Part shown: in pieces, positions 37,501 to 47,327 of the stretch
Layout of the letters: each line of letters starts with the position of its first letter
Numbering within the stretch: the stretch's first letter is position 1
The notes under the pieces: model-generated
Database searches by the model: none
Told to the model about the DNA's origin: nothing
The model's input: only the letters and a program-made list of their open reading frames with translations
Made by a program: the position numbers and the translations under genes
Assembly (NCBI GenBank): GCA_002269645.1
Contig: NIVC01000288.1
Coordinates: forward strand, 62,001 to 126,000
Reading direction: 5' to 3'
DNA: 64,000 bases
Origin: Macrostomum lignano
Lineage: Eukaryota

Positions 37501-40500
37501 GCGGTGACAGTTTCTTAGTGTCACATTTGAGTGTCACATCGACTGTCACAGTGGTGACAGTTTCTTAGAGTGTCACATTTGAGTGTCACATCGACTGTCA
37601 CAGCGGTGACAGTTTCTTAGTGTCACATTTGAGTGTCACATCGACTGTCACAGTGGTGACAGTTTCTTAGAGTGTCACATTTGAGTGTCACATCGACTGT
37701 CACAGCGGTGACAGTTTCTTAGAGTGTCACATTTGAGTGTCACATCGACTGTCACAGCGGTGACAGTTCTTAGAGTGTCACATCGACTGTCACAGCGGTG
37801 ACAGTTTCTTAGAGTGTCACATTTGAGTGTCACATCGACTGTCACACTTGTGACAGCTTATTTCACTGTCACATCGACGTTCACATTTGAGTGTCACATC
37901 AACGGTCACAGTGGTGACAGTTTATTTGACTCACATTTGAGTGTCACAATGAAGGGTCACATGTGATACAGTCATTTGAGTGTCACAAAACTGTCACATA
38001 GTCAAAATGTGAGAGTCCCACTTTTATACGGGGTAGTCTCTCCTGTCTTATTCTCATCTAGTCTCTCCTGTCTCACCCTCATCTAGTGTCTAATCTCACA
38101 ATCATCTAGTCTCTCTAATCTCACTCTCATCTAGTCTCTCGTGTCTCACTCTCATCTAGTCTCTCCGTCTCACCCTCATCTAGTCTCTCCTGCCTCACTC
38201 TCATCTAGTCTCTGCTGTCTCCCCCTTATCTAGTCTCTCCTGTCTCATCTTCATCTAGTCTCTCCTGTCTCATCTTCATCTAGTCTCTCCTGTCTCACAC
38301 CCTCCCTTCAAGCTGAATTCCTAACAAAGCAACACCGATCCGTCCCCAATGCCTGACCTGCTCCCTAAACTCGGCCGAATATCGAGTAAAATTGACATCC
38401 ATGGAGGCGACCACAGCAGCAATAGACTTTCGAATAGAATTGTCGCCAGTTGGCGCAGGGTGGGTGACGTCAGCTCCAAACACAATCATTGGCTCCTTGA
38501 CGATGGCGCGACCTTCAGCGTTGAGATCTCGCGCCAGCTGGTCCAGACGCCAATTGATGCCGCCCAGCTTGCCGTTGATCTTCAACAGGATGTTGCCAAC
38601 TGTCTGCGGAGACGGCGCCCGTGGGCCTTCAACATTCTTGGACAGCACCGCCTGAGTAATGATGCCGTACTTGAGATCGCCTAGACTCTTAATAGTCTTA
38701 TAAGACTCTTTGTCGAACGCGTTCACCACAAACATTGCGAACTCAATTTTGTCCTTTTGAAACTCGCGAAACATGCGATCGATCAAGTCGTGATTGGGCC
38801 GGCCCTCCTTAACGTACTTGCAGTTGTCCTCGCGCAGCGGGATGCCGTTCTGGCCCGCTTGCTGCGTCAGCATATTGAAAAACGGCATATCGTTGCGAAC
38901 CCGATCGTCCAGGTTGACGAAGGCCCATCTTTGCACCTGGAGAGATCGGCGATGAACTGTAAAAACGACTAAGTTGGTACAGGATTTTAACGCAACCCAC
39001 CTTGACCTGATCTCGACCCATCATTCCCTGATGAAAACGGTACCTAAGCCATTTGAAGCGCTTTATTTTCTGCGACTCTTGAAACGACTCAGGGACTGTA
39101 GAGTCGTATTTAAGCCGTGAGTTGCGTCTGAAGCGCATTTGGGCTGCTTGATTTATATCATTTTGACCCACTTTCAGAACCTTATAGTGTATCTACAATA
39201 AAAAAACGCTTTGAGAGTGCTTTCACTTTTGATCGACCTTTTTTGGTTCAAACAAGTCCGTATTCCTCACCCTGCATAAGTAGTAGGAAAATGGTACGGT
39301 CTGGCCCACGTCGCTGATTGGCTGGCCAATCAGCGAGGGGGAGCCAATCAGCGAGGGGGAGCCAATCAGCGAGGGGGGCCAATCAGCGGGGGGAGCCAAT
39401 CAGCGAGGGGGAGCAAATCAGCGAGGGGGAGCCAATCAGCGAGGGGGAGCCAATCAGCGAGGGGGAGCAAATCAGCGAGGGGGAGGCCCCGGAGGTGGGG
39501 CGGGGCAGGCCGGAGGTAAAGGTGGGACAAGCCAGAGGCGGGGGCAGGCCGAGGGAGGGGCAGGCCAAGGGTGGGGTCGGGCAGGCCGGATATAGCTAAA
39601 ATAGCTTGGCATGTACATGTACGTACACTCTAGCGCGAGAGTCGGACGCCCCTCCAGACTACGGACGGACAGATTAAACAAGATCCAATCAATTACCTGT
39701 CCAGTCTCGAAAAACACGGCATTCCTGGCGTCCCACTTGCCGGGACCCCTGTCCAACTTGACGCTCTGGTTCTTGGCATAGCCGATAGCCGGACTGCCTA
39801 GCACTCGACCCCAGAGTTGCAGCATCCGGACGTCGATGTTGACCTTAAACTCTGCCAAGTAGCGACTCTTATTTAGTTCGAGCCGCTTGAGCCGATCTTC
39901 AATTTCGGCTTTTCGTTGCTCGGCCGGTACGGCCGCTTTGCGAATGATTGCGCTAACAATTTCACCCTCTTTGTCCGGCGGTTTCTGATAGGGCATCATT
40001 GTGCACAGCTCCACAGGTAGAAGGGTGTTTCGGTTGCTAGACACTTTAGCGCAAGGCATGTGCGGATACTGTAGATCTCTACCGTACTGTTTTTTAAAGT
40101 ACTGCTGCACCGTTAGTGTGGAACCATCGTCCAGAGTAATCGTAGAAGCAGCTGGAGATCGCTTCAGGTCGAAGATGGTATGCTTGCGGGTGAAGTTGCG
40201 ACCTTCTTTGGTCTTGTAGTGGCTGGCCTCAACCCGGCACATCTTCACCAGCTTGCCAAGTATGATTCGATCTTTATCTGACAGCTCTCGATTCCAAACA
40301 TCATCTCGCCAGCGTTTACTTTTGCCAATTTCGTAGAGCAGATCGGCCAGGTTCTTGCTGGGATAGCAGGCCACCTGATAGTAAAGCAGGATAGTAGAGT
40401 GTAGATGAGGGATAGTAGAGTGTAGGTGAGGGATAGTAGAGTGTAGATGAGGGATAGTAGACTGTAGATGAGGGATAGTAGACTGTAGATGAGGGATAGT

Positions 40501-42840
40501 AGACTGTAGATGAGGGATGGTAGAATGTAGATGAAGGAGGGATAGTGGGTACAGCCTAGTGGTTAGAGCATCATACTGAACCCCTAACTACTGAAAGGTC
40601 GGGGGGGGTTCGATTCTCGACCCACTCTCGGAACAGTTTGTGTCCTTGAGCAAGACACTTAACTCTGCATTGCTTCAGTTCACCCAGCTGTAAAATGGGT
40701 GCCAGCATTAGCTGGGGTAATTGAGGGTGTGTGTGGCGACCCCCCAGTCCTTGGACTGAACAGCCGTACGCAGCCTTCAGATGCGTCACGCAATAGCTGC
40801 GGCTGAGCTGTCGGTTGCACATCTGCCTATTATGATATTCATCAATTAAAATACAGCAGTATAATACATGAGAGATAATATGATAGAAGAAGAGTAGACA
40901 GTAGAACAGTTGATTAGAAACAGTGGAGTAGATATCATATCAGTCACTAACTAACCTGGGTATTATCAACATTGAGTCGCACAGACCACTGCGGTCTCAG
41001 GCTAGCAAACAGGCCCTGATGCATAACCCAGGGCAAGTCGCCTTCGCGCTGACCCAACGGCACCGACCGTTCAAAGAACAGCGCCCTGGAGCCAATGGGC
41101 ACCATAGACTTTTCAATAAATGTAGCTTTTAAAAGTACATCCACAACTCGGATAGCATCAATGGGTATGTCGGCAGTGCCCATCTCTGTAGTCAAGTAGG
41201 TCGAAATGTCGCCAAAATGACGGGTAGGCGTGCGAGATTCGACTACGAGGACCGAATACTCGTTCTCGCCCTCGCCGCTATCTTTGGGCAAGAGTACCCG
41301 CTTTTTGAAAGTGCTTTCGCTGGAGACGCCAGGCAGTTTGTCCAAGAAATAGGCCACCCGTCGGCCGTCATAGATGTACCTGAGATTGATTTGGCGTTGT
41401 TTAAAAGTATCTTTTAAGTATCTATATCTTTATCACACAAATTCATTAACATTGCCTGGCTATTTCGGGGCACAGATACTAGAATAACTAGATGGGCCAC
41501 TCAGCACATTTGCGTGCAAACTACTTTCGGTTCAGTAGTTAAAATAATTTAAACAGAAGTATTTTACTGTATTTTAAAGCCAAGGCTCAACTATTGGCTT
41601 TTAACCCCGCCCTCCCCCAGCTTAAACCCTCCAGCCGCGCCTTTCCACATTCACCCCTCAGCGGTGGACTGGCCAATGTACATTATGGCTGAATCAATTA
41701 GCAAGTTGTTTACTCGCCTGCAAGCTTGGGCTTCTAAACTTATCAAAGTCCCCCCACCCCGCCCAAATTTTATTGCCCTTCTCGGAATTCCAATCTAAAG
41801 CTGCCACGTACACTTCAGTGGACTGGCCAATGTACATGATGGCTGAACCAATTAGCAAGTTGTTTACGCCTGCAAGCTTGCACTTCAAAACTTATCAAAT
41901 TCATTTCAGCCGACCCTTTATTTTTATAAAATAGCTTATGTATTCTTCTTTGCTACAGAACTGAAAGTAGGAAGCTGTTTTACTAAGTATATATGCCTGA
42001 GTGGCCCATCTAGTTTATTTATCAAAGTCAAAGGCCGCGCGCTGTACACCCAGTGTGAGCATGCGCATGAATGCGTGTCTGCGTACAGTATTGGCTCACC
42101 TGTACTGGTTGATCTTCGGGAAGAACTGCCGCATGAAAGCGCGCATCACAGCTTCGCACTCTGTTCGTCGCAGTTCAAATGTTTTGCCTTTCTGCCTGAC
42201 GTTCTGCGTTCTCTTATTGCAGTCTTGTATTTCGAAATCGTACATAAACACGCGCAGATCGTCGGAAAACTTGAAATTAAAATGATTAGCATATAGGGCT
42301 ATTTTTCGACCTTTAGTTCCGCCGCCTGGCCTGGACGGCAGCTGCCGGCGACGCTGATCGCTCACGGCGGACACGGTGACCGGGAGGAACTCCGTGGCTG
42401 GTAGTGCCGCCGCGCCTTCAACTGTGCCAGTTGCGCCTTCAACTTCAAGGCTAAGCTCGGATACTTCGCGTTCGATTTGCGATGTTTCCGCTTCTGGACG
42501 ACTTGGCGGTGGCTGTTGAGGCTGCTGGCGCCATGCCTGTTGCTTCTTCTGCTGCTGCGGCTGTTGCTGCCGCTGTTGCTGTTGCGATGGTTGCTGCGGC
42601 TGTTGCTGTTGCGGTGGTTGCTGCGGCTGCTGCGGTTGCTGCTGCGGCTGCTGCTGCGGCTGTTGCTGCCGCTGTTGCTGTTGCGGTGGTTGCTGCCGCT
42701 GTTGCGGTTGCTGCTGCGGCTGCTGCTGCCGCTGTTGCTGCTGCGGTGGTTGCTGCGGCTGTTGCTGCCACTGTTGCGGTTGCGGTGGTTGCTGCCGCTG
42801 TTGCGGTTGCTGCTGCGGCTGCTGCTGCTGCGGTGGTTGC

Positions 42841-42872
<32 letters not shown>

Positions 42873-42962
42873 TTGTGGGAAACCAGGAGCTTCCTGCGAA
42901 GGGCCGCCCTGATTGCCGCCGCGACCTCGGCCACGTCCGCGAGTTTTAGATTTAGCCGGCAT
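34402..42962 (-). CDS. AGO: Argonaute (AGO clade; RG + polyQ N-terminus, N, PAZ, MID, PIWI), six coding exons, 1085 aa
   Basis: complement(join(34402..34593,35145..35666,38358..38936,39697..40374,40956..41379,42100..42962)) = 3258 nt, phases consistent. [134 protein letters not shown]. Confidence 0.96.
34737..35127. repeat. Minisatellite, 22 bp unit ACAACACAACCTAGTCACATTC, ~17 copies (Ago intron 5)
   Basis: CCTAG at 34981, 35003, etc. Confidence 0.94.
35145..35666 (-). CDS. AGO: Argonaute exon 5 (PIWI core)
   Basis: ctctgtcag acceptor, TCG|gtgagt donor, KEVI and YRDG motifs. Confidence 0.95.
35749..38031. mobile_element. Foldback-like non-autonomous TIR element in Ago intron 4
   Basis: TIR CCGTATAAAAGTGGGACTGTCACATTT (35749-) vs reverse complement at 38005-38031 (26/27). 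Left arm carries inverted copies of the 40/42 bp unit that is tandemly amplified in the right arm. Splits a 25 bp host minisatellite. Confidence 0.8.
36652..37850. repeat. Tandem array, 40/42 bp unit GTGTCACATTTGAGTGTCACATCGACTGTCACAGCGGTGACAGTTTCTTA-type, ~29 copies
   Basis: Direct periodicity; rich in TGTCAC/GTGACA half-palindromes. Confidence 0.95.
38034..38298. repeat. Minisatellite, 25 bp unit CTCATCTAGTCTCTCCTGTCTCACT, ~11 copies
   Basis: TAGT at 38107, 38132, 38157. Confidence 0.9.
38358..38936 (-). CDS. AGO: Argonaute exon 4 (MID, start of PIWI with first catalytic D)
   Basis: tctctccag acceptor, CAG|gtcagg donor, GADVTHP. Confidence 0.93.
39313..39590. promoter_or_regulatory. 18 bp tandem repeat of AGCCAATCAGCG (CCAAT/NF-Y consensus) x9 plus adjacent GC boxes, in Ago intron 3
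   Basis: CCAAT at 39326, 39344, 39362, 39379, 39396, 39432, 39450; CAAAT variants at 39414, 39468; inverted ATTGG at 39317; GGGGCGGGGC near 39497. The repeat is certain; a regulatory role is inference. Confidence 0.45.
39697..40374 (-). CDS. AGO: Argonaute exon 3 (PAZ, L2)
   Basis: ctatcag acceptor, CAG|gtaatt donor, 226 codons. Confidence 0.92.
40388..40545. repeat. Minisatellite, 21 bp unit GTAGATGAGGGATAGTAGACT, ~7 copies (Ago intron 2)
   Basis: Direct periodicity. Confidence 0.92.
40547..40832 (+). mobile_element. tRNA-derived SINE, second copy (antisense in Ago intron 2)
   Basis: Aligns over ~280 bp with 18342-18630. Confidence 0.9.
40956..41379 (-). CDS. AGO: Argonaute exon 2 (N domain/L1)
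   Basis: tctcag acceptor, [13 protein letters not shown]|gttagt donor. Confidence 0.92.
41487..42014. mobile_element. MITE-like element in Ago intron 1
   Basis: Perfect 18 bp TIR ACTAGATGGGCCACTCAG (41487-41504 and 41997-42014); internal ~85 bp direct repeat (41664-41747, 41818-41899); no clear TSD. Confidence 0.7.
42100..42962 (-). CDS. AGO: Argonaute exon 1 (RG repeats, Q/P-rich repeats, start of N domain)
   Basis: ATG at 42962, AG|gtgagc donor. Confidence 0.92.
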
Positions 42963-45625
42963 TTTTTGCTAATAGCTGTAACAGAATATTTTTTAGTGTG
43001 GAAGGAAAAGAAATAATAGCTACTCTAATAAAACAATGCAATAGCATTCCATGCTTCGATTTATTGTTTATAGTCTATAATATACTTTCTGCCTCAGAAG
43101 GTGAAGGTTCCAATCCAGTTTGTGAGTTGGATATTTGATGACAAATAATTTTGTTAATTTTGCCAAAAATGACTGACCACAATTATTAGCAGCAATGACA
43201 AAATATAATTATCTAACATTCAAAAAACTCTACTTACTTAATGCTTATTTTTATAAAAAGCAAGAAAATTCAGACATTTCCATAATTGCAAGTTCTTATC
43301 ATATGTAGGGCTTTGTACTATTTAATAAAAACAAAAATACCAAGATATTTACTATCATCATTATTGGTACTTCTGGGCTAATTTGTTGCCATAGTGATAT
43401 ATTGCTGGGAGTAGGTAATTTGCATACCTGCTGCCTTCCTTAGATGTGGTAGCTGTTTCATTAGTATACAATAATGGTCAAATTATAAACCTTTCTTTCT
43501 GTTAAAATTACTTTTTTTAAAACTACCACAGTCTGGATCATACTTAGTGTATCCTAGAATGCTGTGAATCAATGCACGCTAACACTAAATAAATGCACGC
43601 CAATACCATTTGATGTTAGGACAATAAAGGACCTTATTGCAGTTTTTACTATGTGACATTCAATTATATTATAATTAAACTAATGATACAACCAACATGT
43701 ACAATGTCCTACTAACAAACTGTTGATTTCTTTTCAATTATTTACTTTTATCTTACTTAATACCTTCTGAAAAACTACTCCTCTAATTTAGCCTTTATCA
43801 TTAAAACTTTTTGTGGCAAATAACTTTGAATGTTCATCTATCATATGCCTTACACTGATATACCATAATGCACATTGCATGCCATTTGTGCATTCTCACA
43901 ACTACACTTTCTTTCAGTTACATGCTGATATTTTCAAATGCATACCAAAAAATAAGAAAAACTATAACTAAAGAGGCCTAAAAATGTACCTTTTAAATAA
44001 CTAATTGTTTAGTAAAAAATTAAAATATATAATTAAATAATAAATGATATTTAAAACCATAGCCATTGGCATAGAATTCTTAAAACCTATTGACTTAAAA
44101 ATCAATGATATAAATAAAGAAAACTATTTTTTCTACTATTCATCATACTTTTATATATTTATACTATAGCTATGCTAATACAGATAAAAAACAAAGGAAA
44201 ATCAAATTAAATAGTTTTATACTCATTCTATTCCATACTTAATCTTACTTACAAAATAATAAACAATCCATTGGGCCTAAGCTATTTTATTGTTTAGCTA
44301 GCATATGTGAAACTCCTATTGAATATATTTTGAATATTTAATAGGTCTTTAGTTTATACCATGCAAGCCAGCTAGGCCTATTTAAATTCAAAACACACTG
44401 CCTAAATAATTTATATTTTCGTTTCTTATTTCTTCAGTCTCTCTACGAGGAGCGTTGGGTAGATAAAGCAAAGAAGACCTAGCTCCATGGCATATGCATA
44501 TGCATTCGGTCGGACACAACTTACCACCTAAAAGACGAAGCTGGCAACTGATTTAAAACAGCGAAAGCGAAAACCGAAAATAAAGATTTTTGCTTTTGAA
44601 TTCAATTTTTAACTTCTATTTTGTAACCTATAAATGTAAGTGAAATAAAAATTTGCATATTGTAAAGCTTTTTAACAGCGTAAGACAAGTATGGTTAAAA
44701 CTTTTCTTAAAATAGTTCAAAACAAAACTTGTTTCCGGTTGAGCTCCCGAACCCAGTCCAATTTCTGGACACAAACACCTACGAAACAGCATCGAAGATT
44801 TTTTTATACCTACAATTTATTTTATCTGCATTCTCCTGTCAATGCCAAAAATTTTTAAGCCTCGACAGTGGGCAAAGCCTCGATCAACTGCAGATGGACA
44901 ATTAATATCAATATCCGGGAGCTGGCATTATGGATGGACACCCTGTTTCGCTGATCAAGCCTGTACAATGAAACTTGACAATGTCAGAAAACCTCAACTG
45001 TTGGACATCCTCAGCTAGTCTCTCTCAAACATTCCATCATCACCCGGACGCCGTCGGCACCTTTCAGCAGACGACACCAAGCGCGTACACATGTGTACTA
45101 CGAACGTATATTACAATAAAAACAAAGGAAAACTAGCGCCATGTATGATAGCTACTACTCATGTACACTCGACGACATGTGGACGAAATTGTTTTTGTTC
45201 GTATTCTACTCTTTCTTGACTCATGCGGACTTGGGTAATATTTAATTAAATTACACTTCCAAATCTCTCTCGGGTGTCCATAGTCACACGGTTTCGTCTT
45301 TTAAAGGTGTCGCCAACCAGGGTTGTCGGAACCGGGGCATGGGGGAGGCTGGAGCCTCCCTTCCTCAAGCGACAAGCCTTCTTTAATTTCCTTTCTTTAG
45401 CTCTGCCCGGCCCATCACCGCTTGGTTGTATAGGCCCCGTCACCCTCAATGGGGTATGTAGACACTCGTAGTTCATGTTGTTCTCAATCTTATTCCACTA
45501 CACTACAGCTTTTTTCTAATGTGCTTAAGCCTAGTAATATTAGTGTTTAGCACTTTTACTTTGGCGTCTCTGATACTAATTCCGAGTCTGCCGCAATCCC
45601 AAGACTTAAACCGCTGCTGGCGCTG

Positions 45626-47061
45626 TTGTTGTTGTTGTTGTTGTTGTTAGTGCTGAGACGTTTTCCACCTAGCCCGGTACCAGCCCCAGTACATGTACGC
45701 CAGGGCTGCATCCGGATCTTCATTTAGCCAGCTCAATTCGGACGCTCCGTACTGCCGGCGCGTTCTCTCCGTGGCCGGGCAGGAGCAGATCACGTGTTCA
45801 ACCGTGTCGGCCTCCTCTCCACAGGCCGGGCAGGTGTCTTTATCGGTCTCCCGATCCTATGGCGATAAGCCTCCAGCTCCAGCGAATGTCCGGTGCGGAG
45901 CCTCCGGAAGCTGACACCTTCCGCCCCGACATTGAGTCCTGGGGTGCCTCGCCATGCCACTTCTCCCGCACGTGCGGATCGTGCGCTCGTGCCTCCAGCG
46001 TTATAGTAGTCGCGCTCCTCCTCCCTCGCGTGGGCATACAGCCTCCTCCTGACACTGGCCAGCACACCGGCGCCCTCCTGGGCAAAGGCGGCAGCCGCGC
46101 CCGCAGCCTCGTCCGCTGCCTCGTTGCCAGTCAGGCCGCAGTGCACGGGGACGCAGCACAAGGTCACCTTCCTACTCTGGGCACATATGTCTTCCAAGAG
46201 CTGCTGTGCCCTAAGCGCCAGCGGGTTGCGGCCTGTGCCCTTGATGGCCATGAGCCCACTCTGGCTGTCCGACACCAAAAGAGCCGATCTCTTCACTGAT
46301 CATGGGCCTGTAGCCACTCCAGCCCGCGGGTAATCGCCTTGAGCTCCGCTTGCAGCGAAGAGGCCGGCAAGCCAGCCGGTTCCTTGATGATGATGGGGGC
46401 CGCTCTCTGCTCCCGCGGCTCATCTGTCTTCCAGATCACCACTCCGCTGCCTCCTCCCAGCTCCTGCACCGATCCGTCAGAGTAGATGGTGACGTCAGGC
46501 TTTTGACACGCCTCACTTTTGCGTTCCCCGGCAAGCTGCAGATTCTCCGCATCGCTGGATTTCCTGGTGTCCGCCTCGCACACCATGATCTTGGCCTTGG
46601 CTCGCCAGTCGCTCCAGGGCGCTCTGCTACTGGCGTCGGGAATGCGGCTGATCGTGTCTAAACTGGCGGCCGCTAGGAAAGCTCCGGCCTTCGCGCGCCA
46701 TCCTTTCCGAGCCAGGCACTCATTTTAGCGCCGCAGGCACTCATTTTAGCGCCGCAGGCACTCATTTTAGCGCTGCAGGCACTCATTTTACCACCGCAGG
46801 CACTCATTTTAGCGCCGCAGGCACTCATTTTAGCGCCGCAGGTACTCATTTTAGCGCCGCAGGTACTCATTTTAGCGCCGCAGGTACTCATTTTAGCGCC
46901 GCAGGCACTCATTTTAACGCCGCAGGCACTCATTTTAGAGTCTCTGCCTTGGTGCTTCTTCCGCCAACAGCCTCCTGGGGGAGCCGGCGGGAAGCCCGAG
47001 CCATCGATCAAGGCGGGCCCCCCCAGTTAGCCCCACACAGGCCACGGAGGTCGACAAGCCC
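45626..47061 (-). mobile_element. 5'-truncated, frameshifted non-LTR retrotransposon (I/Nimb/Ingi-like) with RNase H and Cys/His zinc-binding motif
   Basis: LRGLCGANWG post-RT motif; RNase H TIYSDGS..QAELKAI..VSDSQS..HCGLTGNEAADEAA; CPACGEEADTVEHVICSC; stop TAA followed by (CAA)n tail; 10 bp TSD GCTGGCGCTG at 45616-45625 and 47062-47071. Confidence 0.9.
46713..46938. repeat. 21 bp minisatellite block (~10.5 units) inside the LINE, inverted relative to 47328-48430
   Basis: Unit GCGCCGCAGGCACTCATTTTA is the reverse complement of the neighbouring array unit. Confidence 0.93.
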
Positions 47062-47327
47062 GCTGGCGCTGCAATTAAAAATCACTAAAATGCCGTCAGA
47101 TAAAAAATTAAAGAGACAGCGCCAAGAGGAACTGAAGGAGGCAGCCAAGAGATAAGTGGCGTAGGCAAGGGGGGATAAGGGGATGTATCCCCCTGTGGGG
47201 TTTTGGGGGTCTGGTGTGGGGGTGAAATGAAAATGAAAAAAATTAGCAGGTAAAAAAGAGAAACAAAGTTAACAAATGGTCTAATCCAAAAGATACTGAT
47301 CTAAAAGAATAGCTATATAATATAGGA

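Noticed and set aside
42362-43016. Poly-Leu, poly-Ala/Val and poly-Ser ORFs overlapping Ago exon 1 (and similar ORFs overlapping KIF26 and BicC exons)
   Set aside because: Shadow frames of CAG/CAA-rich or GC-rich coding sequence.
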